Positions 35,034 to 47,900 of a DNA stretch of 64,000 nucleotides are shown here, one piece after another. The notes under the pieces were generated by a model. The model did not search any database, was not told where the DNA came from, and saw only the letters and a list, made by a program, of their open reading frames with translations. Origin of the DNA: Scyliorhinus canicula (Eukaryota); NCBI RefSeq assembly GCF_902713615.1, contig NC_052172.1, forward strand, positions 6,367,337-6,431,336, written 5' to 3'. The number at the start of each line of letters is the position of its first letter. Positions within the stretch are counted from its first letter, which is position 1. The position numbers and the translations under genes are program-made.

Positions 35034-36219
35034 GTTGTCGATCTCCGAACTGTCTTTATAGCCATTTCACTGTCTCACGTCATTTATCATGTCAGGGCAT
35101 TGAAATACATAACATAATTCAGAATTGTTTTTTGTTTTATTGTTGGTCCCTTTGCTCTCATTCACGTTGCGGTAATTCATTATTAATTCTCAATTTTCGC
35201 ACCACTTCTGCCATATCCTATTCGTTAAATTAGACTGTATTTTACAAATACATTACAAGGTGTGATAAATTGCTTAATTCCCCGACTAAAACAGCGCGCT
35301 GAGTTATATGACACGGCACTGCAAAAAAGTTCCCGACTGTGCAATTAAATATTTCCCAGCGTTAGGGGTCCTTTGGGGTTATCGCACGCGGTGTTGTCCC
35401 CAGCGACGATAGCTGCGTTGATTATCATAAATCATAAAATGGTGCAAGTGAGGAGAAGGCCATTCGGCCCATCGTACCGAGGTTTGTTTTTTGGAAAATC
35501 TATACGATTAATTAATATTCTTCTGACCTGTTCCAAATAGCACAAAAGTATTTCACTGCATGGATTTCTTCAAATCTCTTTCAAAGGTGACCAACCGATT
35601 CGCTTCCCCTGCCGTTACAGGCTGCATCATTCCAGATGATACATTTCGCTGTCGAGAAAGTTTCTACTGATCTATTGATCCCCACTGAGCAATATAGGGA
35701 GGAAAATGGTGTTGAAACAGAACAATTGGGACTGGTTGAATAATGAGGGGGATGGAGTCATCGAATGGCCTAATCAATCTATCTCTTGTATTCCAATGTT
35801 TGTAATCTACTTCTTTTGCCATTTACGTTAAATGAATGGTCCCTCCTTAACTGCCATCATGGCAGTAGATACTCGTTTCTGAATTATTTTCCATTATTTA
35901 CATTATCAAAAAGAATCATGTTTATCAGAATCACTTTCATATTTCACCTTACTTTCGATGCTTTAAGAGCAAGACGTCCACGCAAACTGGAAATAGTTAA
36001 TGCTGGAACCGTCAAACATGTCACAGATGATTCACACTGCAAAATGGTGAGCTTTTTCGAGATAACGTCTCGCTGCACACCTGGTTCCGGTTCATACAAA
36101 TGTTAAAAAACTTTAACCATGACTGTATCAGACTCTCGCTGTCTTTTGAACAATTTTCAAAGCATCTGTTAGCTCACCAGAGTGAGATATTAACCCATTA
36201 AACTCGGTTCCCACATGCA

Positions 36220-36860
36220 ATCATTGAATATTATAGCACAGAAAGAAGCCATTCGGCCCGCCGTGTCTGCACCGCCCGAAAGAGCTACCTAGAAAGTCCC
36301 ATTCTCCAAAACGATCTCCGTAGTCTTTTAAATTAATCACTTTCAAAGATATGTCCAGTTCACGTTTGAATCCCCCCAGGAAATCAACCCTCACCACGTT
36401 CCCAGGCAGCGCATTCCAAATCCCAATAACTCTCTGAGTAAAGAAGTGCCTCCTCATCCCACCCTGTGCTCTCTTGCTGACCATCTTCAAATTGTGACCC
36501 CTAGTCACTGACATACCAACCAGTGCAAACAGAATATCTTTCTTCACCCTGTCAAAATTGTTCAGAATTTTGAACTCCTCAATAAGGCCGCCTCTTTATC
36601 TTCTCTGCTGTAAAGAAAAAAAGCCCAATTTCTCCAATCTTTCCTTGCATCAAAAATTCCTCATTCCTGGTATGATTCTAGTAAATCTCCTCTGCACTGT
36701 TTCTCCATGGCTTTATCTTCGTTCCTAAAATAAGCCCAGGACTGAATACAACATTGCAAATATGGCCTGGCCAATGATTCGTAGAGGTAGAGCATCACTT
36801 CCTTGTTTTTCTACTGTATGCATCCATTTATAAACCCAAGAATCCTATAAGCCATATTTT
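36220..36860 (-). mobile_element. degenerate CR1 LINE 3' fragment
   Basis: ORF 36221-36547 SVTRGHNLKM..RRHFFTQRVIGIWNALP. Confidence 0.8.
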
Positions 36861-38774
36861 TCAAAAATGATCTTTATTGTCACAAGTAGGTTTACATTAA
36901 CACTGACATTAACACTACAATGAAGTTACTGTGAAAAGCCCCGAGTCGCCACCTTCCGGTGGGGGAGAATTTAGAATGTGGAATTCACCTAACAGTATGT
37001 CTTTCGGGACTTGTGGGGGGAAACCAGAGCATCCGGAGGAAACCCAGCAGGCATGTGGAGAAAGTGCAAACTCCACACAGACAGTGGCTCAAGCCGGGAG
37101 TCGAACCTGGGAACCTTGAGCTGTGAAGCAACAGTGCCACCCGCTGCGCTACCGTGCTGCCTCCTTAACAACTGTTTCAATTGATCAGAAAATTATGCAC
37201 TTGAACCCCCAGGTTCTGCTCATGTACTCCCCTCAAAGTTGCACCATTCAGCCGAGTTTGCTGTACTGTTTCTTCTCTCAAAATGAGTTACATCACGTTT
37301 CGCTGTGCTCGAAGTTTCCTCTCAGGTGTCTGCCGATTTCGCCAACTTGTCAATGTCGCTGTGAAGTCGCTCACCGTCATCCTCACAGTTCACTATTCTC
37401 CCCATTTTAATATCACCTTAGAGATTTTGCCTTCAACGTTCATCTGTAAATCGTTTACAAGAATCAGAAAAAACAAGGGTCCCTTCCGAAAACGATACTC
37501 AACACGTGTCTGTCGGGGAAATGCCCATCTATACCTACCATCAGTTTCTTATTTCTTAGCCAACTTCTAACCCTTGCTGCCAAGGACCGATCGACCCTAA
37601 ATCTTTCTCATTTGCTAACCAAACAACCACGTGACACCGTATCACACGTGAAAATCATTTTTCTCTGCTTAACATAGGAATATACAAAGGGCTATAAATA
37701 ATCAGATCATCCACCTCCCATTCCGCCACTTCTGACGCAATAGCACCGTTAATCCTCTCTCCCTCTTATCCTTAACGAACTCCCCCTTTGACCCATATAT
37801 GCTATTCATCAGAATCAACTTCCTGTGTTAGTGGATTGCATATTTTCAATACATCTTGAGTAGAGACTACAAATTTCAGTTTCTCTGGCACCAGCCTACG
37901 TCTAGTACAGACGGCAAATTATGACCAGTACCTCTGAATGTTCCAGTTTCACTTCCATGGAAGCTCCTCATCCAGTCCTGTTTCCCGGTCCACGTTTAGT
38001 ACACAAAGCGTATCAAATACCTTCTCAATTTTCATTTATCTACTGTGTTATTTACCTCGTCTTTCATAATAAACTGTGCAGCATGTTCTTTCTTAGCATG
38101 GACAGATGTAAAGTATTGACTTAATATCTCAACCATGCCCCTGGTTCCATTTGTCAATCCTGTTCCGGTGCCTCATTTGCCCTCCTCCTCCTTTCAGCCT
38201 CTTACCGAATGTGTGTCTGGCGAAAACGATTCCATGGCAGCAGACAATCGCTTTCCATACTCCGACTTGGCTTCTCTTAATTATTTTATTACCTTCCCCA
38301 GACCCTTCAATAGTCAGCCTGGTTTTCTATTATATTTCTACTTGATACCTGCCACAAGCACATTTTTTCTTCTTTAACTTACTGTCGACTGTCTTTACAG
38401 TCCAGGTTGCTCTGGTTTGCTTGTATACTTTATCCAGTGCTCTAACGATCATTCTTTAAGATAGTCCATTGTTCAGCTGTCGTTTTTCCTGCTGCCCCTT
38501 TTGCCCAAGCCATTCTTACCTCATTAAAGTAGGCTTTCATCCAGGTCATTGTCCTTTTCCAAAGTCATCCTAAAACTTTTGATATTGTGATTTTCCATAA
38601 ATATTTTCCCACTGTCATTGACATTATGTAGAAATTGATCATTTACAACACAGAGGAGGCAATTCGGCCAACTGCTGCGTGCCAGCCTTTACACTCCACA
38701 TTCGCCTCCCTCTTACCCTACTTCCCCCGACGCTATTAACATATCAAATAATAAAGGCATCTCTGCGTTAAGCG

Positions 38775-39720
38775 GAAATGCAGCACTCCCTCACTACTGA
38801 TTCTATGACAGTGCAGCACTGTCTGGGTACAGACCTTCTGACAGGGCAGCACTCTCTCGGTACTGACCTTCTGACAGTGCAGCACTCCCTCAGTACTGGC
38901 CCTCTAACAGTGCGGCACTCTCTCGGTACTGACCTTCTGACAATGCAGCACTCCCTCAGTACTGACCCTCTGGCAGTGCAGCACTCCTTCAGTACTGACC
39001 CTCTGACAGTGCATCACTCCCGCAGTACTGACCTTCTGACAGTGCAGCACTCCCTTAATACTGACCCTCTGACACTGCGGAACACCTGCAGTAATGACAC
39101 TCTCTGACAGTGCAGTATTCCATCAGCACTGACCCTCTGACAGTGCATCAATCCCGCAGTACTGACCCGCTGGCAGTGCAGCACTCCGTCAGTACTGACC
39201 CTCTGGCAGTGCAGTATTCCCTCAGCAATGACCCTCTGACAGTGCATCAATCCCGCAGTACTGGCCCGCTGGCAGTGCAGCCCCCCCCCTCAGTACTGAC
39301 CCTCTGATAGTGCAGCACTCCCGCAGTACTGACTCTCTAACAATGCAGCCCCCCCGTCAGTACTGACCCTCTGACATTACAGCACTCCTCAGTACTGTCC
39401 ATCTGACCGTGCAACACTCCCTCAGTACTTCCCCTCTGACAGTGCAGAATTCCCTCCTGACTGATCCTCCTCTGACATTACAGTACTCCCTCATTGCTGA
39501 CCTTCTGACCGTGCTGCACTCCCTCAGTACTGACCCCCTGACAGTGCATCACTCCCTCAGTACTGACCCTCTGACAGTGCCGCACTCCCTCGGTACTGAC
39601 CCCCTGACAGTGCATCACTCCCTCAGTACTGACCCTCTGACAGTACAGCACTCCCTCAGTACTGACCCTCTGACAGTGCAGCACTATCTATGCACTGACC
39701 TTCAGGCAATGCAGCGTTCC
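38775..39720. repeat. 33-bp minisatellite (ACAGTGCAGCACTCCCTCAGTACTGACCCTCTG)n
   Basis: tandem units visible; translates as the 11-aa repeat TVQHSLSTDPL. Confidence 0.95.
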
Positions 39721-40874
39721 TTCAGACCTGGCTGTCAGGCAGTGTCGAACGGATAGAGTGTTCTCGGAGGGGAGTGGATGTTAATGTTTATTGCTCTGTG
39801 ATGGTGGTCGAACATATTGAACTATTAATTCATAAAGCCTGTGCAGCCTGATATACCAGGCTAAGATTTTGGATTGCCGATTCCTATTCCTGTAAAATGT
39901 TGGAGGGAGCTGAATGGCTTCGTAACAAGTCCTTGCATTTCTCCCTTACCTTCTGTTTCGTTGTAACAGGCTGCTGAGAGGTTTAATGCACCTGCCCCTG
40001 TCCCGGTTCAATAAAGTAGAGAAGGGCTGAATGGCCTTTTTACCGTGTAACAAGGTCGAAAAGGGATAAATGGCTTTCCGAAATTCCGGTGTAAAGGTTT
40101 GAGGGTCTAAATGGTCCTCATTCGCTTGCTGTGTAATAGGCTTGGGTTGGCTGAATTAACAATAATAATCTTTATTATTTTCACACCTGGGCTTACATTA
40201 ACACTGCAAAAAGTTATTCTGGAAACCCCCCAGTCGCCACTCTCCGGCGTCTGTTTGGGTACACCTAGGGTTAATTCAGAATGTCCAATTCACCTGTCGA
40301 GGGACTTATGGGAGGAAACCGGAGCACCCGGAGGAAAACGTGCAGACTCCACACAGACAGTAATCCAAACTTCATTCCCTTCCTGTGTAAAACCTTTGAA
40401 AGGGGCTTAATGGCCAACTCATGTCCCTGTATAACATGCTCGACAAAAGCTGAGTGGAATCCACCTATTCCTGGATGACAGGGTCGACAGAATGCCTCTG
40501 TGTTGATTTGAAATTCGTTGCATAAGAAAATTGACTGATGTGACGTTGCAGACGGCTAAAATAATGTCAAAGCATAAAAGGCCCCGAGTTTTGTTTCTTT
40601 TCTTTGCCACTTGAGGTCGTTCATTAATATAGATTTTTTCTACATTAATTTTCCATGTCCATTTTATTTCTACGTCTATCACATCCCAACCTATCATTAG
40701 CAAAGGTCACCCCTCGACCACCTCTTTTATAGATAGTGAGTCTGAGTCCGTCAGCCCAGCTGACCCAGATAACACTCACCTCAAATGTAATCCAGGTAAA
40801 TAATCGTTTACCCGTTATTCTAGCGCGATAGCTAATCTTGCACTTTATCTCATACCTGCCTGATGTTAATGCGA

Positions 40875-41040
40875 TGATGTGGAGATGCCGGCGTTGGACT
40901 GGGGTGAGCACAGTCAGAAGTCTTACAACACCAGGTTTAAGTCCAACAGGTTTGTTTCAAACACGAGCTTTCGGAGCACTGCTCCTTCCTCAGGCCAAGG
41001 ACCTGTTGGACTTTAACCTGGTGTGGTAAGACTTCTTACC
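40875..41040. mobile_element. short Penelope terminal fragment with an inverted segment
   Basis: Same terminal sequence as 9644-9764 (minus), followed by an inverted cctgttggactttaacctggtg..gtaagacttcttac; 12-bp TSD ATGTTA(A/T)TGCGA at 40863-40874 and 41041-41052; absent from the paralogs at 43505 and 59625. Confidence 0.8.
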
Positions 41041-41154
41041 ATGTTATTGCGAGAAGACATTCAGAGAGAAAACATTCCAGAGTGCAAAATGAACTCCAGC
41101 CGGCCGAAGCGCCCTCTGGCTTTATCTCGACTAGCTGTCTCCTGTAACCTATGG

Positions 41155-41193
41155 GGTTTTTGTTGAACTGCTGCATCTCTCTGAGTCACTGTG
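41155..41193 (-). other. 23-RSS of V8 (consensus)
   Basis: CACAGTG + 23 nt + ACAAAAACC on the minus strand. Confidence 0.95.
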
Positions 41194-41648
41194 AAGACTC
41201 CAGGCGCAGTAATACACGGCCGAGTGATCCAGTCGCAGGCTGGAGGATTCCAGGTTGAAATCGTAACCAGTGGGTCGCGAAGCGTTGAATCCATTTACGG
41301 ACCCTTCTGTCTCCACGCGTCCTCTCATTGTAGAGTAAAATATCAACTGCAGCCCCTTCCCCGGGTATTGTCGATACCAATACATGTATATACTATTGCT
41401 GGTCCCCTTCACAGTGCATGTGATTTCTAGTTTTCACCCAGGAAATTTGGATACAGCGGTGGGATACTGATGAATAGTCTGTAAGTTCACGTCTGTGATA
41501 GAGAGAGGGAGGAAATCAGTAAATCTGGACACTTGGGGACATAGTAGGCATGTGGAAAAATAAAAACACGACATTAACGAGTGTTAGTACATATAATTAT
41601 TGTTTACTTACAGTGAAGCAGCATTGTCAGAGCCAGAAAAAGATACAT
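41194..41648 (-). pseudogene. V8: family C V segment with one in-frame stop
   Basis: Leader 41612-41648 MYLFLALTMLLH; exon 41194-41492; TGA at 41434-41436 in FR1 (KFPG*KLEITC), where V9 has TCA. Confidence 0.88.
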
Positions 41649-43601
41649 CTTCTAAAGCTGCTTATTGATCAATACACGGTTCAGAACAGCATTGAGGAGT
41701 GTTGGCTCCAAGGAACCCTCTCTCGTTAAATCATTGGAAAGAACAAGGAGACGTTAGTCACGCCCCTCCACCAGTTGAACCAGTCGGAATCGAGCTTGGG
41801 TGGCAATCACCCTCTCATTCTTATCTCGATAACTCATTCTCGCTGTCGATTATTCTGTCTCTCTCCGTCACTCTATCCAGATACTTTTAGCTTAAGCGTA
41901 CCACTTTCCACTGTCCTCTTCCCCGCCCCGTCCTCTTGTGTGTTTGTGTGTGTAAGTGCCTGTCTCTGTGTGTGAATCTTTGTGTATGAATCTCTCTGTA
42001 CCTATAATCTCCTTTTCCACCTGTCTCCCCGTCTTTTTTATCCTGTTTTTGCTCCCTCTCATCCATGTCTCGCCCACTCTGCACCTTTGTTTCATGATAT
42101 TCTGATTTTCTTTCATTCCGCCACGTACCACTGACCCACACGCCTCCCTCCAACCATGCGATTATTATTCCGCACCTTCCTCCTCTAACTCTCAATAACA
42201 CTCTAATCTCTCAGTGCCTGACATTCTTAAAACAACCTGGAGTATGGGGTAAATGTACGCTGACCGGAAATGATCTCCGGTAAGTTTGGAGGACAGGGAT
42301 AATTGTGTATCAAGTGAAATCTTGTTTGCAGAAACTCCTTATGATGAAACATGATCATTTAGCCCAATAACGGGTTGATCTTTATTTGAAATTCCCCGCT
42401 CAATAAGGGAGGAGAGAAAATGAAACATGGAAACTTGTGATGGGACAAGGATCTCTTCAAATTATTAAGGGAAACGTGTGAGGAACATAAAATCGTGAAA
42501 AATGTTCAGACGCCTTCAATCAATAAGACGTAAATATCGTTATTTAATCCGGCATCTTTCTGATACTTTGTAACAGGGAGCGGAGGAGTAAAATGCATCT
42601 GCCCCTGTCCTCGTGCAATAAGCTAGAGAGGGCTGAATGGCCTTTTTCCTGTGTAACAAGGTCGAAATTGATAAATTGGACTCTGCAATTGCTGTGTGAA
42701 AGGCTGAGGGTCTGAATTGGCCACATCGTCTGACTGTACAATAGGTTTGGGTTGCCTGAATTAATAATAATAATAATCTGTTTTAGTGTCAAAAGTAGAC
42801 TTACATTAACACTGTAATGAAGTTACTGTGAAAATCCCCTGGTTGCCACAGTCCGGCGCCTGTTCGGATACACTAAGGGAGAATTCAGTATGTGTAATTC
42901 ACCGAACAAGCACGTCTTTTGGGACTTGTGAGGAAACCAGAGCACCCGAAGGAAACCGACACAGACACGAGGAGAACGTGACCCAAGCTTCATTCCCTTC
43001 CTGTGAAACACCTTTGAAAGGGGCTGAATGACCTTCTCCTGTCCCTGTGTAACATGCGCGACATAAGCTCAATGGAATCCACCTATTCCTGGATAACACT
43101 GTCGACGGCAGAATGACCTCCTCCTGCCCCTGTGTTCTGAATGGACAATTTGTACTTCATTGCCTCAGAAAATCGACTGATGTGCCGGTGCAGACAGCAA
43201 CAAATAATGTCAAAGCACAAAAGGCACCGAGTTTTCTTTCTTTTCTTTGCCTCTTGAAGTCGTTCATTAACTCAGATTCATTCTACATTTATTTTCCTTG
43301 CCCATTTTAATTCGACGTTTATCACATCCCAACTTGTCATTTACAACGGTCGCCCCTCGGCCTTCTCTTTTATAGATAGCGAGTCTGAGTCTGTTAAGCC
43401 AACTGACAGAGATAGCACTCACTTCAGATGAATTCCTTGTAAATGATCATTTACCCGTTATTCTCGCATGATACCTAGTCTCTCACTTTGTGTCGAACTT
43501 GTCTGATGTTCTCGTCAGAAGACATTCTCTGCAAAACGAAATCCAGTAGGGCGAAGCGCCCCCTGGCATTATCTCGAAAAACTGTCTCCTGCACCCTTTG
43601 G

Positions 43602-43640
43602 GGTTTTTGTTGAACTGCTCCATCTCTCTCTGTCACTGTG
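43602..43640 (-). other. 23-RSS of V9 (consensus)
   Basis: CACAGTG + 23 nt + ACAAAAACC on the minus strand. Confidence 0.95.
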
Positions 43641-44094
43641 AAGACTCCAGGCACAGTAATACACGGCCGAGTGATCCACCCGCAGGCTGGAGGACTCCAG
43701 GTTTAAATCATACCCAGTGGGTCGCGTGGCATTGAATCCATTTACGGATCCTTCCGTCTCCACGCGTCCTGTCGTTATAGAGTAAAATACCAACTGCAGC
43801 CCCTTCCCTGGGTACTGTCTGTACCAATACATGTTGATAACATTGCTGCTTCCCTTCACAGTGCATGTCACTTCTAGTTTTGACTTAGGAAATTTGGATA
43901 CAGCGGCGGGAGTCTGGTGAATAGTCTGTAGGTTCACGTCTGGGAAAAGAGATGGAGGAGATCAGTAAACCTGGACACTTGGGGAAAGTACAGGCTGGTG
44001 GAAAATAGAAATGTGACATTAATGAATGTTATTACATATAATTATTGTTTTACTTACAGTGCAACAGCATTGTCAGAGACAGCAAAAGATACAT
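43641..44094 (-). CDS. TRBV: V9: TCR V segment, family C, open reading frame
   Basis: Leader 44058-44094 MYLLLSLTMLLH with GTAAGT; 118-bp intron; exon 43641-43939 VNLQTIHQTP..VTC..MYWYRQYPGKGLQLVFYS..FNATRP..DHSAVYYCAWSL. The GLQL.FYS / RP / CAWS pattern resembles mammalian TRBV30. Confidence 0.92.
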
Positions 44095-44999
44095 CTTTTA
44101 AAGCTGCTCCTTGATTAATAAACGGTTGATAACAGGATTGAGGAGCGTTGGCTCCAAGGAACCCGCTCTCGCCGATTCATTGCAAAGAACAAGACGGCCA
44201 GAAGTAAGTAACGTAGCCTTGGTCACGCCCCTTCCCCAGTTGAACCAGTCGGAATCCAGTTTAGGTGTCAATCTCCCTCTGCATCGTCCTGTCGATCACT
44301 CTGTCTCTCTCCGTCACTCTTTCCGGGTACTTTTAGCTTAAGCATACCACTTCCCCCTGTCCTCTTCAACCCCCCCGCCCCCTTGTGTGTCCGTGTGTGT
44401 AAGAGCCTGTTTGTGTGTGTGGGGGAATCTCTCTGTCCCTGTGTCGCCTTTTCCATCTTTCTCCCCTTCCTTTTTATCCTGTTTTTCCTCCCTCTCCATC
44501 CATGTCTCGCCCACTCTGTACCTTTGTTTCATGATGTTCCGATTTTCTGTCATTTCGGCCAGTACCACTAACCCACAGGCCTCCATCCTCCCCCCGCCCC
44601 TCCAACCATGCAATTAATTTTCCGCACCATTCTCCTGTGTCTCTCAAACCCTCTAATCTGTCAGCGTCTGGCATTCTCCCATATTTAGTGGAAATATAAC
44701 TTGGAGAGAATCCTTACGATGAAACATGATCATTTAGCCCAGTAACCGGTAGATCTTTATTTGAAATTCCCCGCTCAGTAAGGGAGAAGAGAGAATGGAA
44801 CATGGAAACTGGTGATGGCAAAGGAGCTCTTTTCAAATTATTAAGGTAAATGTGTGAGGAATAAAAATCGTGAAGAATGTTCGGCGCATTCAATCAATAA
44901 GACATGAATATCGTTATTTAATTCGCTTTTTAGATTGGTTATTCCAATTAATATAATCTGGATTCTTAATTGTCAAAAATGCATTAGAAGTGGCTCGGT

Positions 45000-47900
45000 G
45001 ACTTCCAATAGTGGCCATGAGCTAAGTGGTAGCGCGAAAGGTGGGTGTTTTCTAGAAACTTCGCATTAGACATTTTAACCGGACATCAATTTACGAACAT
45101 GTGTCCCACCTAAACCCCCACTCAGAACCCAGCCGACTGAGAAACCGGCAAATCAGCAACCAGGCTGCAAGAGCAAATAGAGGAAGACCCCCGACCCAGA
45201 CAAGGGAAAGGAAGGGCGGACTGCACGGCCACGGGGGTTGGGGGATAGCCGGGTGGAGGGGAGAGGGGGAAGGGTAGAACGTTGGTGAAACAGTTCGCAT
45301 TTGGAGATGCTTGCAATGTGGAAGGCGATGGCGACCATCTTGAATGACCAATGAACAAAGGGGTACCCGGGCATGCTGCGTCACGTCTACGAGTTAAGTC
45401 TGGCTGTCCCCACAGGAGGTGGGGGGGGGGGGGAAGGCAGGGGTGAAACCCCCTATCAGAATTGTCATCTGGAGCATGAGGGGACTTTTCTGACCCGTGA
45501 GAAGATCTAGTTGTTTTGCACATCGAAAAAGCGTGAGGGTCGACGTCATCTTTCTTCAGGAGACACAACAAAGGCAGATAAAGTGACTGAGGGTAAGGAA
45601 CAACTGAGTGGGACAGACATATCAGGCATGCTTCGACACAAGTGTAAGGAGGGTGGCCATACTGTTCAACAAAAGGCAGCATTTACAGTGACGACCACAC
45701 ATGACCATAACCCAGGGGCTGGTTTAGCTCACTGAGCTAAATCGCTGGCTTGTAAAGCAGACCAAGCAGGCCAGCAGCACGGTTCCAGCCGTACCAGCCT
45801 CCCCGGACAGGCGCTGGAATGTGGCGACTAGGGGCTTTTCACAGTAACTTCATTGACGCCTACTCGTGACAATAAGCGATTTTCATTCATTTCATTCATT
45901 GAGTTACCCAGGGGGACGATAAGTGATGGTTAGCGGGATCCTTGAAGGAGCCCCAGTGATAATTGTAAATGTATGTACCCCGAACTGCAGCGACGCAGAG
46001 TTCATTGAAAAGACTATGGCAGGAAACCCCGACCTCGACATCCATCATCTGATCATGGGGGAGACTGTTGGCAGGACCCAAAGGCAGACACGTCCATCCC
46101 GAGAGTGGTTGCAAAATCAGTAATGGCAATAGAAAAAACCAGCTTCATGGAGCAGATTGCGGGTGCACCCGTGGAGGTTGAACTACCCAGGAGAGAAGGA
46201 GTTCTCCCTCTCCTAGTTCCACTTTTGCGTCTTCGTAGTAGGTAAGCCAGCGGTTCCATGGGTTGTAAGGTTGCAATATTCAGTGATTTTAATCTCGAAC
46301 CATGCAGCACACTACAGGAATATGAATTTGGGGATGGACCGGGCTTTCAAAGCCGACAAGGCGTTCTCCAAAAAAAGGTCACAGTCCATCGAAGGATATG
46401 TAACATGCAACAAGAATGGGCAGGTCTCTACGTCCACATTATGGGAGGCACTGAAGGCAATGTTCAGGGAACAATAATAGCGTATAGGACTCATAGGGAC
46501 AAGAGGGAAAAGGAGACCAGGCCAGACTGATCAACTCCTTATTGGAAATGGATCGATAGTACTCTCCAGCCCCAACCGTGGAGCTGCTGGTGGAGAGGGA
46601 AAATATACAATTGGAATTAGACCTGCTCTCCACTGGGAAAGTAATGAACCAGCTCCAGTTTTTAGAGCAAACCAGCTGAGGAAACAGGCTGACACAACAG
46701 AGATACACAGGTAAGGCACGGGAGCAGTACGGTGATCACGGTTCCAGATTAGATCACCAGAGCCTTCGTGACTTTCTACCGTGGACTGAACACCTCCGAG
46801 CCCCGGAGGGTGATTCCAAAATGAGACAGTTCCTGGACGGGCTGGACATATCAGCAGTCGGGGAGGGAACGAAGCAGGGACTAGAAACACAGATGGGACT
46901 GGCGGAGAACATAGAATACATCAATCCCATGCAGTCCGGGAAGGTATTGGGACCTTACGGGTTCCCCAGGAACTTCTGCAAGACGTTCACGGCAGCACTG
47001 TCCCGGACCCTACAGGAGATGTTGAACTGCCCACTATCGAGGGGGATCCCGCCGCGTACACTGGCATAGGCCTCGATCTCATTGACACCTGAAAAGGATA
47101 AAGAGCTAATCGCGTGTGTGTCTTACAGCCCCATCTCACTCCTGAACAACGACATCAAAGTCCTTGCGAAAGCTCTGGTGAGGCGATTGGAGAGTTGCTT
47201 ACCAGCCGTAATCGTGGAAGATCGGACCAGGGTTGTCAAGGACAGACAGCTGACGGCCAAAATCAGACGCCTCCTGAACATGATCATGAACCCACCCAGG
47301 GGGAGTCACCAAAGTGATAATCTCCCTGGATGCAAAGAAAGCCTTGGACAGAGTAGAATGGAGGTACTTCATGTCGCTGGAGCTGTTCAAGTTTAGTACA
47401 GCTTTCACCTCATGGCTGAAACTACTGTACAGCGCTCCCATGGCAAGTTCACGAACGAATACCAGCAGCTCTGGCTATTTCCGACTGCACAGTGGCATGA
47501 CGCAAGAGTGCCCATTGTCCCCGCTGCTGTTCGCTGTGGTAATTGAGCCACAGGCCATCGCTCTCAGTTCAGAGAAGGGGTGGAGAGGCATTCAGAGGGG
47601 ATATAGGGAGCACAGAGCTTTTCTGCAGGCGGATTACCTGCCCGGCTCTGTCTCGAACCCCCTAGCCACCATGCGTAAGACAATGGAACTCCTGAGGGAG
47701 TTAAGAGCCTTTTCCAGATGAAGTCTACACCTGCGCAAAAGCAAAATCTCCCCGGTGAACCCGTAGGCGGGGGTAGCGGGGTGGGGAGGGGGTAGGGTTG
47801 GGGAGCAGAGCTCAGGACTGTGCCGTTCAAACTGGCCCAAACCAGGTTCTGATACATGGGGATCCTGTTAATCCTCGACTGGCCGCGGCTCCACAAATGG

